Part shown: piece by piece, positions 28,338-41,332 of the stretch
How the letters are laid out: every line of letters starts with the position of its first letter
Position numbering within the stretch: position 1 is the first letter of the stretch
Assembly: GCA_964016885.1 (NCBI GenBank)
Contig: OZ024746.1
Location: forward strand, 72,416,001-72,480,000
Reading direction: 5' to 3'
DNA: 64,000 nt
From: Eledone cirrhosa
Lineage: Eukaryota
The notes under the pieces: generated by a model
The model's database searches: none
Told to the model about the DNA's origin: nothing
The model's input: only the letters and a program-made list of their open reading frames with translations
Translations under genes and position numbers: made by a program

Positions 28338-28520
28338 GTTATGTAGTAAGGTGCATTATTGGTTGTGTAAAATGGTCCAATAACTTTATGTTAGCAATAT
28401 TAAGTTCTCCACGCTTTTGTATATCTCCAATTCCATTCAAGGGAACAGCTAGATGATGTAAAACGGAGTATAAGTATCAAAATGAAAATCCGAAGGCAAG
28501 GTAAAATTCCAATCACTTAA

Positions 28521-28594
28521 TCACGACACATGTTTCAATAAGAGATAGATCGATTGTGAAGCCATGATCGATTATCACTGATCTTATCAGGTGA
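28521..28594 (-). ncRNA. Hammerhead-like motif with long stem II (G8 altered)
   Basis: Minus strand: tcac CTGATAA g...gataatcgat...atcgatctatc...GAAA catgtg TC gtga. Confidence 0.55.
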
Positions 28595-28708
28595 AAATGA
28601 ATTGATATATTGATATATATATATATATATATATATAGATAGATGCAAAACCATGGCCATTCGTGACCGAAGAGGGCCTACGTTTATATATATATATATA
28701 TATATATA

Positions 28709-28907
28709 CGGGAGTGGGCTAAAAAGTTCATAGGTTGACTATAAAGGAGTGATGCTTGAGCTGTGATATTTTACATGTATTAATTTCAACTCTTTTTTGT
28801 AAATAACTGCATTGTTTCTTTCCAGGGACTCTGTGGGAAAATAAACCTCATTTGGTCATTCGATGAGACTATTTTAGTCAGCCCATGAACTTTTCACCCG
28901 AGCCTTG
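28709..28907. mobile_element. Mariner-type MITE with TA TSD
   Basis: TA-cgggagtgggctaaaaagttcataggttgact ... agtcagcccatgaacttttcacccgagccttg-TA. Confidence 0.85.
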
Positions 28908-29112
28908 TATATAATGTAATTGCAGATTAAGTGTAGTCCATGAAGTGGAGAGGATCACAAATAGCCGGCAATGGATGCTAAGTGACGTGGTGTTTAGAAT
29001 GTTGTCGTGTTCACGGTTTAACTCAAAAGCATAAATGGAGTAAACGAATGGCTACAACGCATTGCAGTGTCGGTTATCGGGTATCTTACCAACCACGCTA
29101 GAAACCCTTTCA

Positions 29113-29208
<96 letters not shown>

Positions 29209-29223
29209 ATGTATGTTTGTATG

Positions 29224-29269
<46 letters not shown>

Positions 29270-29313
29270 TATGTATATACTTTCAGACGTTCAACCATCT
29301 GGCAGGAAGATAT

Positions 29314-29356
29314 ACGTTGCTGACGATAGCTAATAAGCTTGAAACTAGTACAGCGT
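29314..29356 (+). ncRNA. Minimal type I hammerhead ribozyme motif, intact core
   Basis: acgttg CTGACGA t agc taataa gct t GAAA ctag TA cagcgt. Confidence 0.8.
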
Positions 29357-29484
29357 TCCTTTGTCAGTGTTGAACAAATGAGCAACGATGGTTGCTAGAC
29401 ACTGTACGGCTTAATTCACCGAGCATTATAATAAATATTCGGTGAATCCATGTGTACATATATATATGTGTGCATGTATGTATG

Positions 29485-29530
<46 letters not shown>

Positions 29531-29647
29531 CATACTACTGTACGTCTGTATACATATATGTATGTACGTATACATATATACATACTTATATTTAAGTAAC
29601 AGCCGTACTAAGAGTGAGAAATGAAATTTCGCTTCATTTTTTCCGTT

Positions 29648-29728
<81 letters not shown>

Positions 29729-29817
29729 CTATATGTATATATGTATATATATACGTGTGTGTATATATGTATATATATGTATATATGTATATATATATAT
29801 ATACGTGTGTGTATATA

Positions 29818-29914
<97 letters not shown>

Positions 29915-29999
29915 ATATATATATATATGTATGTATATATATATATATATGTATGTATATATATATATATATGTATGTATATATATATATATATGTATG

Positions 30000-30061
<62 letters not shown>

Positions 30062-30072
30062 TATATATATAC

Positions 30073-30118
<46 letters not shown>

Positions 30119-30520
30119 ATATATATATGTATATATATATTTTCAGGGACTTGACTCCTTCTTCCTCCCGTTTGACCTTTGCGAAATTCTTTCCTTACTC
30201 ACATTTCGACCAGGTTTGATGGTCTTAATTCTCTCTCATCCACGATTTCACAGAACTTATGTTCATCGATTTCAGGGACTTGACTCCTTCTTCCTCACTT
30301 TTCGTTGCATTACCTTCTTTGTTTGTTTACTGTCTCTCTCGTTCCCCCGATTTACGTGTCCCAACGACTTTCTTTAGCCGTTGCTCGCACCAACCAGAGG
30401 TATATGGTCTTTAAAGCAATGAAATACCAATGAAGGTTGGAAGATCACTGATGAAGGACTAAATTTATTCATATGTAACCCATTTGCAACCACGCAACAC
30501 GCCATCTTTTCATATTTTTC

Positions 30521-30568
<48 letters not shown>

Positions 30569-30759
30569 TAATAAAAACAATGAAATTAAAACAAAGAGCA
30601 AGTTCCTTATATTAAAATTTCATCATTTTACGATCATTTCTGGGATGTATATGTGTGTTGGTATGTATATCATATAGATCTATGTAAAAATATTACAAAT
30701 TATCAGAGGAAATATACACACCCTCATATATACATGCCGTATATTTTGGTAGATTTATC

Positions 30760-30853
<94 letters not shown>

Positions 30854-31104
30854 AATTCTATTTAAATTGTTGGGATACAACAAGCAAATATTTTTATAAC
30901 TGATATAAAGCACTCAACAAATAATCGGGAGCGTCCAACAGTAATGGTCGCATTCTTTAAGGGTATGTCAATATTTATTTATAAAACTGCTCTATATTAT
31001 ATTTTATCTGAAGAAAGCACACCATAATTTAACTTGGTGTCCTTGAAATATGTATAATGAAATAAATATGGTTTTATAAATATAGTTTCCATTTGTTAAT
31101 ATCG

Positions 31105-31135
<31 letters not shown>

Positions 31136-31137
<2 letters not shown>

Positions 31138-31886
31138 AATATAGAAGAGCTTCTACAGGACTATAACTGTTTCATTCGTGAGAAATCATCAGGAAGCTGA
31201 CTGTCCAAGTAAATTTGGTGGTATTTATATCTTTTTTGGTGGTAGGAGAGGGTGGGGAGTGGGATGGGTGGAGGTCATTGGTTGAAAGAAAAGGGAATTC
31301 TTTAAAAGCTAATTCTTTAAGGCTATAATGTATATTTAGAGTGACAAAGGCAGAAAGAATTCTATAAACAAGTTCAAATTGGAGTGCCACTCGACAATAA
31401 GGAGAGGCACCCAAATTTGAACTTGTTTATAGAACTCTTTCTGCCTTTGTCACTCTAAATATAAATTATAGCTTTAAAGGATTAGCTTTTAAAGAATTCC
31501 CCTTTCTTTAAACCTACCAACCATGACTGACCTCCACTCATCTTGTAGTCACCTGAAATATAGTCATTGTTAGCTTAAGAGAAACTTAAAAATAAGGAGT
31601 ACCACTCCAATTTGAACTTGTTTATAGAATTCTTTCTGCCTTTGTCACTCTAAATATAAGAGAATTAGCTTTTAAAGAATTCCCTTTTCTTTCAACCAAT
31701 GACCTCCACCCATCCCACTCCCCACCCTCTCCTACCACCAGAAAAGATATAAATACCACCAAATTTACTTGGACAGTCAGCTTCCTGGTCATTTCTCGTG
31801 AATGAAACAGATCTAGTCCTGTAGAAGCTCTTCTATATTAAAACATTTATACTCTGCTATGCATTGAGAACCATACTTACTGTGGT
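31136..31886. mobile_element. Penelope-like terminal repeats in inverted arrangement, each with a hammerhead (31148-31198 minus, intact; 31779-31829 plus, core mutated)
   Basis: 31136-31390 is the reverse complement of about 31600-31843; an extra partial copy at 31410-31540; minus strand agcttc CTGATGA tttctcacgaat GAAA cag ttatagtc ctg TA gaagct. Confidence 0.85.
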
Positions 31887-31925
31887 TATATATATATATA
31901 GGAACAATATAGGAACAATATATAT

Positions 31926-33200
31926 AGGAACAATATAAAAATATCCTTCTTTACTACTCCTAACCTAGCAAACATCATAGGAACAACGAACCACAGTAAG
32001 ATCACCAAGACACAGCACCTCGACACAGATGCACCTACACCTGACAATAACTATATCGGCCTTAACAACTCCCTGGCAGCATCCAATAGTGTTGGCAACG
32101 GCATCCGCAGACGCAACCAGCATAACCGCGAAATGACTGGGGAACATGCAGGACATGACGTGCGGAATAACAATCGCACCACCCCGTGTGCTGTGGGTTG
32201 TAATGGTGCTAACGACAGCTGCGGTAGCGTAGGTAACAACGTAGGCAGCAACAATGATAGCCTTACCGTGGGAAATAGACGGAACCGTGACAGAAATTGC
32301 AACTGCCGCGACAGAGGACGCTGCCCCCTTAGAGGATACTGCTTGACTGATAGGGTTATATATAGATGCACTATTACTAGCCACAATAGCGTTAAACATT
32401 ATATAGGGGCTACCTCCGGCCGGTTCAAAATTAGGTTTCGAACACATCTCCACTCTTTTACAAATAGAAAACTAAGGCACTCCACTTCGCTCGCGGACTA
32501 CATCACATCACTAAAGGACTTAAACATCAGCTTCTCCACGCACTGGGAGATTGTCGGCAGGGTTGCACCGTACAACTTCAAGAGGAAATGCGATCTTTGC
32601 CTCATGGAGCTCTACCACATCATAACTGCACCCCCACGAGCTCATCAACAGCAGAGCTGAAACAGATGGGTTAAGGATGAGGAGTGAAACCGTGCACCGG
32701 ATCTCCCTGCAACAAGTCTTAACACCCCGGCGGGCAGGCGCTGCAAAATAACACCCAGGAAACAATCCTTGCATACCCGACCCAGCCTCAAACGACTCAG
32801 AAAACAGATGCGGCAAAAAAAACTCTCAAATTAAGCGTTGATTACATGCGTATCGACAATGGTAAGGTTGTAACCTCATCTCGTAGCAGATAAAAAAAAT
32901 TTGTCCGGGAAAGACTGCCCTAACACCGGCCAGAGTTACCTCCCTTGACCTGGTGCAAAATCAAAACAAGCCATTTTTGCGAGCAATGAACCTTGACGTG
33001 GATTTAACCCCAAAAACTCTTTCCGAGCAATGTAAGGAACACTTTTGATTATTTATGCCCTTGAGAAGCCCAACTGGGCGAAACGTACGTAGGTGCTGTT
33101 TTAAATAAACATGTTTTAACGGTCTATTCTCCGATTTCTTACTTTCCCACGTGCTTACGCTCTGCTAACTCTCTAGCCCACTAAATATTAACACTTCGAA
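31926..33200 (+). mobile_element. 5'-truncated Penelope-like element: RT-thumb end, linker, GIY-YIG endonuclease, 3' UTR with hammerhead (33057-33096)
   Basis: Open frame RNNIKISFFTTPNLANII...CNCRDRGRCPLRGYCLTDRVIYRC...YIGATSGRFKIRFRTHLHSF...STSLADYI..LK...WEIV...CDLCLME; frameshift to LINSRAE; downstream ccc TTGAGAA gccca ac tgggc GAAA cgtacg TA gg. Confidence 0.9.
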
Positions 33201-33298
33201 TATTTAATACTGCCGGCACCTTTTGCATACGCTACTTGGCAAATAACTATATGTATCACCTAACCTCCCCTCTTTTTCTCTCTCTCGATACGTAAATA

Positions 33299-33376
<78 letters not shown>

Positions 33377-33378
<2 letters not shown>

Positions 33379-33578
33379 CAAAGAGGGTATGGTAAGATAC
33401 CAGGTGGACCATAACGCATTAGAGTACTCGACACTTGGGGTAATAGAGTGGATAATAGGAAAAGATTCAGGACCCTGACGGCTTAGCTCCAACCGTTTCG
33501 ACAGCTAGATCCGAACTGAGTTCGGATCTAGCTGTCGAAAGGGCGGGAGCTCAGCCATCGGGGTCCTCTCTCTTTTCA
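33377..33578. mobile_element. Fold-back half-hammerhead element (family of 18151-18345)
   Basis: tttcgacagctagatccgaac tga gttcggatctagctgtcgaaa hairpin; shared tail accaggtggaccataacg..agtactc. Confidence 0.8.
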
Positions 33579-33781
33579 TATATATATATATATATATATA
33601 TATGGGGTAGGGGTGAGATAGTGTGTAAACGTATATTCATGAATAAATTAGCAAAAATATATATCAATATAAACAAATGTAAATATATGTATGTGAGTGT
33701 GTGCGTGTGAGTGTACGTGTGATGTTTTTGAATGCATCTTTGAATGTATGTTTGTATATATATGTATACACGTTTATTTGC

Positions 33782-33813
<32 letters not shown>

Positions 33814-33873
33814 TCATATATTTATGATGCAAGTAAGTGTTTATGTCTGTCTATATTAGTGTATGTATGCATG

Positions 33874-33964
<91 letters not shown>

Positions 33965-34484
33965 ATGCATTCATACAAAAATATATAAAGATGAATTGAT
34001 GGCTTGCGTGTGTATGTATGTATATATGTTAATGTCATGACCAGAAAGGAACTCGTAATTTTCCAGCCAATTTTGTGCAAACAGATAAATCTTAGAAGAA
34101 AGTAATGTGTGACGGTGGGGCTGAGGAGAAGAGAAACGGCTGATGGGGAGGTGGTAGTGATGAGAAATGGTCGTAAACAACATTATTGACCAATGAACAA
34201 TACTGCAGTTTACGCGGACTAAATATTGTTAACCCCCTTGATCAATATAGAAGTGTGTTACATTGCACAATCCAGCCTAGTCTAACGCGGAACCTAGAAA
34301 AAACTATGCGGAAAACTACAGAAAAACAATTCATAGATATATCATATTTGCTTCCATATCAGACAGAGTTTTGATGATTCGTGAATGGAATTTGTTTAAA
34401 AGAAAGCTTAGAAAATGTGTATTTATGTTGTTGCACATGTATGATAAATGTTAATATTATTAATGATTTTGTTTTTTTTTTGTT

Positions 34485-34521
<37 letters not shown>

Positions 34522-34629
34522 GTATTTTTTTTGGGGGGGGGGTGATTTCTGTGTGTGTGCGTATGTGCGTGTGTGAATATGTGTGTGTGGGGGGCGTGGT
34601 GGATGTGTGTGTGTGGGGCGTGGGAGGAG

Positions 34630-34663
<34 letters not shown>

Positions 34664-34832
34664 TTCTCTTTGTCAAGATAACATTAATATGTAGCAGCAA
34701 TTTGCAATGCAGCACGAATTTATAATTATATAGTTACCGAATATTCTCGTGTATAATACGAGTATGTTTTAATCGAGAACACGTTTTCAGGCATTTTTAC
34801 TGAGCTTAAAAATATTCGTTTCAAATAGCAAT

Positions 34833-35055
34833 GTGGATTGGCAGTACCGGTAGAGGGTCGGGCGCCATACTTTGCAGCATAGAGTTACGGCCCTTTATGA
34901 TCTGAGTTCAAATCCCGTCGAGGTTAACTTTGCCTTTCATCCTTACGGGGGTGGATAAAATAAAGTAACAGTCACGCACTGGGGTCGATTTAATCGTCCC
35001 CCCCCCACCTTCCATAAAAATGGCTGGCCTTGTGCCTATATAAGAAACCAATATT
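34833..35055 (+). mobile_element. tRNA-derived SINE, main family
   Basis: Full head, core and tail. Confidence 0.9.
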
Positions 35056-35124
35056 GAAAATACACTCAATAGACATTTCCACACAAAATGCTAAACATCT
35101 GATTGTTTTACATTCTTTAACGTC

Positions 35125-35366
35125 CAAGGGCGGTGGAAGCATTTCGGAATTGGGGAAGCCATATTTCGTCAATTTAGTCAGTCGTAGCGATTAGTTTAGC
35201 TCTTTGCACTCTAAAATGGTCAGAAAACTTCGCTATGCGATAAACATAACATGTACATAAATTGTTGCACATATCCAAATAGATGGGTTTTGGTAGTTTA
35301 GGGAGAAAATTATAATTATGGGGGGGGGGGGGCATGCCCCTCCTCCCCCCAGTTCGACCGCCACTG
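35125..35366. mobile_element. MITE with imperfect CAG(T/G)GGCGG termini (hAT-like, superfamily uncertain)
   Basis: caagggcggtggaa ... ttcgaccgccactg; right part shared with 505-673 and 36400-36573. Confidence 0.65.
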
Positions 35367-35482
35367 TATATATATAAATATATATATAATTTGTTTAAAT
35401 TAGTATCTGTACCCGATCCTAAGGGGTTAATATATCTAGCTTCTCATTTGGTAAGAAACTGGTATTATACCCAATATTCATC

Positions 35483-35519
<37 letters not shown>

Positions 35520-35657
35520 ATATATATATATATAGTAATAATAATAAATTTGAAGACTAAAATCCAAAGAGGGCTCAGATTGACTTTTTTAGTTGCAGAA
35601 GATCCCGTTAAGGGTAAAAGCAGCGATTCTTTGCTTAAACTTTAATCTGTTATTTTA

Positions 35658-35740
<83 letters not shown>

Positions 35741-35783
35741 GGAATACTGTTGGCTTTTCGCTACAATGTTTCCTACACCTTTC

Positions 35784-35841
<58 letters not shown>

Positions 35842-36159
35842 TATAAAATATGTCCATAGAATCATTTAATAAGATATATACACCATCTCCTCTCCCAATC
35901 AGCATAATCAACCACACAAAAAATACAATTAAACCAGACTATAAGATTAAAAGGCAACTATGAAGAAATAATAGATAAATAAACGACACCCATCTATTCG
36001 CGATCAACAGCTATAGAACATTTACCCAGCATTTCAATAGCACGTGGAAATCGATTAAATATATCGTCAACCATACACAATTAGGTATAAAATTAAAGTT
36101 AGAAGAAAAAATGTATATAAACATACCAAGATTATATATATATATATATATATATATAC

Positions 36160-36309
36160 ATTCATTTATTATGGCTATTGGTGAGATTTGTTACTCTAAA
36201 GTTTCACCAGCGCACTCACAGGAATACCAGCCCTGCCTGATGATTGTGTGAGAACCCAGATAAGGCTCCAGAGTAACAAAGCTGATCACTTAGCCATAAT
36301 AAATGAATA
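36160..36309. repeat. Small fold-back element
   Basis: attcatttattatggcta / tagccataataaatgaat 18 bp perfect termini, plus internal tttgttactct / agagtaacaaa. Confidence 0.8.
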
Positions 36310-37154
36310 TTTAAACTCTACTTCGGTATTGACTTTTGGGACCCGAGAGTAACACCAAACTCTCGTATTCTCTATGTCTATCACAAAAAAGTATCCCCCC
36401 CCCCCCACCCTCTCTATATCTATATCTACCTCTCCTATCTATCTCTACATAACATGTACATAAATTGTAGCGCATATACAAATAGATGTGTGTTTTGGTA
36501 GTTTGGGGAGAAAATATATAATTATTGGGGGAGGGCATGGCTTACCCTGGCCTCCCCAGTTTCACCGCCCCTGATGCCCTGAGAAACCGAATGATGTAAT
36601 GAAATATATCTTCTCGTATGTGTGAGATCGAGATTTTCATGGTTAACATGGTAAAAGTTTACAAAAAAATAAACATCGCTGTACTCTGAGGCGTATTATA
36701 CACAGAATGTTATTTATTTCCCGTTTTTATTGTCAAATAAACGTGTCATATTAAACTCAACTCGTATTATGCACAAAGAAATACGGTAGTACTGTAAAAG
36801 ATGGTACGTATCTTCTTTCTGTTTGTTGGTGTAATATGCTCCAAACTTTCGATAATACAAAAGACAATATATATATACAAAAGACTATATAATACATAAA
36901 ATGATTTATAATACATAAGATTGTATATAGAATATAAGACTATATATAAGTACATAATAAGACTATGTATAATATATTTAAAAACTACTACAGCCATCAC
37001 TCGTCATCGAGTATGACTTGGTAGCTTTTACTATACTTTCGTTCAAGGCTTTAGGTCTTCATGCAGTCGCAAGCAGACACATACACATTTTCGACCCTCC
37101 CTCCTTTGATCCAGCGGAACATCCAGGATATGACAGCTGGAAAGGTAGAGGACT

Positions 37155-37245
37155 GCACCAGCACAGGGCTGGTACTTTCTTTATCGACCCCCAGAAATGT
37201 GAAAGGTAAAGTAGGATTTGAACACAGAACGTAGAGACAAGGACC
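37155..37245 (-). mobile_element. Decayed main-family SINE fragment
   Basis: ctggtacttt..ttatcgacccc.gaaatgtgaaagg..ggatttgaac. Confidence 0.7.
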
Positions 37246-37344
37246 CGCCTTATATAATATATGAAACTATGTATAATACATAAGACTGTACATAAGACTG
37301 CATATAATACATACAACTATATAATAGGAAAGAATTGAAGGAAT

Positions 37345-37725
37345 TGACTTCCGTCTGTGTCGACGGTGAGCGTTCCAGTTGTTTGAGCAACAGATCAATC
37401 TGCTTGTGGGATTAACGTGCAAGTGGTTAAGCAATCCACAAACTTTTGTACCCTTAATGTAATTCTCAGGGAGATTCAATGTGACACGGTGTATCTAAGT
37501 CTGGCCTTTCGAATTATGGGTACAACTCATTTTTCCAGCTGAAGGAACTGGAGTAATGGTACTTAGTATTGCACATCCATGTATACTCTTAACACAGATC
37601 TAAGGGAGATCCAGCATGGCACAATGTATGATATGACTGGCCCTTTATAATTATACAACGCGCCGCCGGGAATCGAACTCACACTCGTATGATTATGAAC
37701 TGAAACACCGTAAGAGCCAAGCCAA
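37345..37725 (-). mobile_element. tRNA-derived SINE related to 23122-23400
   Basis: Minus strand has gagttcgattcccggcggcgcgttg B-box region and cagctggaaaaatgag motif. Confidence 0.6.
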
Positions 37726-38016
37726 ATATTTTCTTATACGAAATATTCTTCCTTCGCTCTGCAGAATTTGCGTCGAAATAATCACATATTCCATAATTAC
37801 ACATTCCATAATTCCAGGATTCTATGATTCTATGACATCCCGCTGTTCTTCTCTTTCCTGTTTCCTTTCAATGTTAGAAATATAGGAATGGTTGGTGGAA
37901 CAGTTGGAGTAAACTAATTAAAGCTTCTGTTGAAATACTGAAGGTGTGAGTATATGTATGTATGTCTATATAGATATATATATATGTGTGTGTGTGTGTG
38001 TCTATATATATATGTA

Positions 38017-38057
<41 letters not shown>

Positions 38058-38093
38058 GTTTGTATTCATACAAATACAGGTGTGTGGATCTGT

Positions 38094-38124
<31 letters not shown>

Positions 38125-38175
38125 GATATGTGTGTGTGTGTGTGTGTGCGTGTGCGTGTGTGTGGGTGTGTGTGT

Positions 38176-38252
<77 letters not shown>

Positions 38253-38489
38253 GTATAACATGTGAGTACTAAATAACTGTCATCTAACTAGAAATTTCCA
38301 TAAATGGTTTTAAATTATTAGACAGAATACATATCCCGCAGTATAAATACTAGGCCAGATAATGATGTGTTCCATGTAAGAAAAGTATTCAATCTTCCTC
38401 TAAAGTGAGAGAACATATTTATCATCCGGAATGATGGATCTTCCGTCGGTTTCGACGATGAGCATTCAGTATTTCAATCAACTGAACAT

Positions 38490-39155
38490 TACAGGGTCGG
38501 GCCGAATGCTTTGCGATATTTGATCCGGCTCTGCGCGTGCTACGTTCAAATCCCACACCCGTCAACTTTGCTTTTCATTCTTTCGGGGTCGATAAATAAA
38601 GTACCAGTTTAGTAGCGGTTTTGTTAAAGAGCTGGGGCGGGGGTGGGGGTTAAGACATCTGTTCGATTCTTTGAGTTCTGAGTTCAAATCCTGAATCTTG
38701 TCGACGGAAAAGCGTTGACGTTACTTCCAGGAGTTGCGACCAGAAGATAGAATCAGCAATGAAAAGATTATTGTTTCCTTCGTCTCAACTGACGATCAAC
38801 TATTTTCCATTTTTTTTTTTCTTTTGAAACTCCTCACAAATTAAGTGGTAGCTTGGGGGGTCTACTGTATTACTGGTAAACTGACTCCTTGCAGCATGTA
38901 ACCTGTTGAGTGTGACACTAAAAGGAAAAATGTTGACCACGATAGGATTTGAACTAAGAATATAAAGGACCGTGACTGAATACGAGAAAACATTTTATCC
39001 ATCGCCCTACTAACTCTCCCTACCAGAAACATACAGTCTAGGACACTGAGTGAGACAGGCAAATAAATGTTTATACCATTATATTCTTAAAATAAAGTAC
39101 CAGTAATACACTGGGATAATTGCTGGCCTTGTGCCAAAAGTAGAAACCATTATAT
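38490..39155. mobile_element. Cluster of decayed main-family SINE pieces (38490-38610 +, 38900-39025 -, 39088-39155 +)
   Basis: Core motifs gttcaaatccc, ttttcattctttcggggtcgataaataaagtaccag and gctggccttgtgccaaaagtagaaac. Confidence 0.75.
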
Positions 39156-39601
39156 TCTTAAAATAGGAACGGTTTAAACAAAATGTAAAAGACACAGAGA
39201 CGCACGCACGCACGCACGCACTCGTACAGACAGATACAGTCACACATAGATACAAGAACAGAAACACACACACACACATGGACACAGACACAGACACAGA
39301 CACAGACACAGACACAGACACACGCATAGACACAACCACACAGACAGACAGACAGACAGACAGACATTCATATTGACGTACACACACACACAGGCACACA
39401 GACTCATACCCACACTCACATAAACATGTACATGTATTGAAGTCACCCAGTCGGAATGTACTTACTTTAATTAACGGTAGGTTGCAGGAAGCTAGCACTA
39501 CCAAGTACACTGAAAGACATCACACTTAGAATGTTTTGGATTCTAAAAAAGGCCGGAACATAAGAGAAGAAAAAAAATCAATCTTCCACACTATTTCTTC
39601 T

Positions 39602-39681
<80 letters not shown>

Positions 39682-39876
39682 CTCTATCTATCTATCTCTC
39701 TCTCTCTCTCAATTACATGCAAACTAACGTTGGAGCACGTGTCCACTCCCCTACACCCCGAACACATACACACTATATATATAATATAAGGGCGGTGCCC
39801 CAGCATGGCCTCAGCCGGATGGCTGAAACAGGTAAAAGAGTAAAAGAGTAAAATATATATGGTATATATATATATG

Positions 39877-40467
39877 GTATTGGTGCTCTGAAATAGCGAT
39901 GTATACATGAATGCATGTATAGTATATTTGGCAATATACAGTATGTTTAATTAAAAACATTTTGAAGACCATACGCTATCGGTTTTAAAGTAGTGACTAT
40001 GTCACTTACTTCTTTTCAGCGAAAGAAGGGAGAGAAGCTAACAGTCTGTTTCACCCTGTTTGGCGATCATGAGAGCACGCACTCCCTGCTTCCGCCGAAA
40101 ATATTTTTAATTAAACATACGGTATATTGCCAAATCTACTATACATACATTCATGTATACATCGCTATTTAAGAGCACCAATCCTAAGACCTAATTTTTG
40201 CTGGACTGGCAATCGCTCTGTATAATCAGCTCCTGATTATTACTGGGATTCTATAAGAATCCAGCTTCTATCATTTTCGGCGGAAGCAGGGAGTGGGGGG
40301 CTCTCATGATCGCCAAACAGCGTGAAACAGACTGTTAGCTTCTCTCCCTTCTTTCGCCGAAAAGAAGTAAGTGACAGAGTCACTACTTTAAAACCGATAG
40401 CGTATGGTCTTCAAAATGTTTTTAATTAAACATACGGTGTATTGCCAAATATACTATACATGCATTC

Positions 40468-40468
<1 letters not shown>
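39877..40468. mobile_element. Complex inverted-repeat element with two opposed hammerhead motifs (40034-40078 minus, 40297-40342 plus)
   Basis: 39909-40102 is the reverse complement of 40273-40468; 40101-40182 is the reverse complement of about 39878-39960; ggggct CTCATGA t cgc caaaca gcg t GAAA cag a ctg TT agcttc. Confidence 0.8.
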
Positions 40469-40537
<69 letters not shown>

Positions 40538-40541
<4 letters not shown>

Positions 40542-40636
40542 AACAACACAATATAACTACTATAACGACGTATGTTAATATTGTCTAGGGTCCTGAAACC
40601 TTTGGTAATGGAGTAGTTATATTGTGTTGTTTACTT
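40538..40636. repeat. Short fold-back with 24 bp perfect arms
   Basis: agtaaacaacacaatataactact / agtagttatattgtgttgtttact; the spacer contains cct GAAA cctttgg TA. Confidence 0.8.
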
Positions 40637-40737
40637 TCTAATCGAATAACTCCGTATTATATATAGAGCACTCTTTTTCCTTTGCTTTTTTTCGGAAATA
40701 CTTAACATATATATTATAAGTGTGTGTATATACCCGT

Positions 40738-41310
40738 AGCTTAGTCTTAGACTTAGTAGCTCTCGCATCTTGAGACACATGAGGCAGCCAAAGTGCTCCA
40801 ATGATCACGGTCAGTTGCATCTATCAATTTTTGTTGACAGGTTTCAGGTCTGTGTCGATTGTCTGCCGCCAGTTCATCTTTTCGTCTCTTTCTATAGGAG
40901 TATCAATACAAGACCTGATTAGCATATCTCACTTGGGAGTCGACGCTTGCACATAATGTTAAACACCCGTTGTTGGTGGGTTCGTTGACGGACTTCTTTG
41001 TTGGTGATGAGTCATCCTACCTGATTCCAAGGATTTTGTGTAGGTGTTTGGTGTAGATGTTTTATGTAGGTGTTTGGTGTGTATGTGTTTGGTGTAGATG
41101 TTTTATGTAGGTGTTTGGTGTGTAGGTGTTTGGTGTAGATGTTTTATGTAGGTGTTTGGTGTGTAGGTGTTTGGTGTAGATGTTTTATGTAGGTGTTTGG
41201 TGTGTAGGTGTTTGGTAGCATCTAATTTGTTCTCTTGACTGGTCTTCACAAACTCCAGTTGACATCCATACTGGAGCATTGAAAGCACATTGCTGTTATG
41301 AAATCTAGCC
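40738..41310 (-). pseudogene. RTE-like LINE 3' end with (CTAAG)-type tail, interrupted by a tandem expansion
   Basis: Minus strand: VLSMLQYG...QENKLDA / KILGIR*D..ITNKEVRQRT...NWRQTIDTDL...ATDRDHWSTLAASCV, ending ctaagtctaagactaag. Confidence 0.7.
41037..41217. repeat. About 41 bp tandem repeat (tgtaggtgtttggtgtagatgttttatgtaggtgtttggtg), about 4.3 copies
   Basis: Direct inspection. Confidence 0.9.
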
Positions 41311-41332
41311 TTCTGCCTAAATTAGAATCATT

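Noticed and set aside
32658-32660. TGA ending the GIY-YIG ORF as a possible selenocysteine codon
   Set aside because: It follows a frameshift in the C-run; the conserved LINSRAE continuation is in another frame, so this TGA is out of the true frame.
36225-36270. CTGATGA inside the 36160-36309 fold-back
   Set aside because: No stem II/GAAA arrangement follows; kept only as a fold-back repeat.
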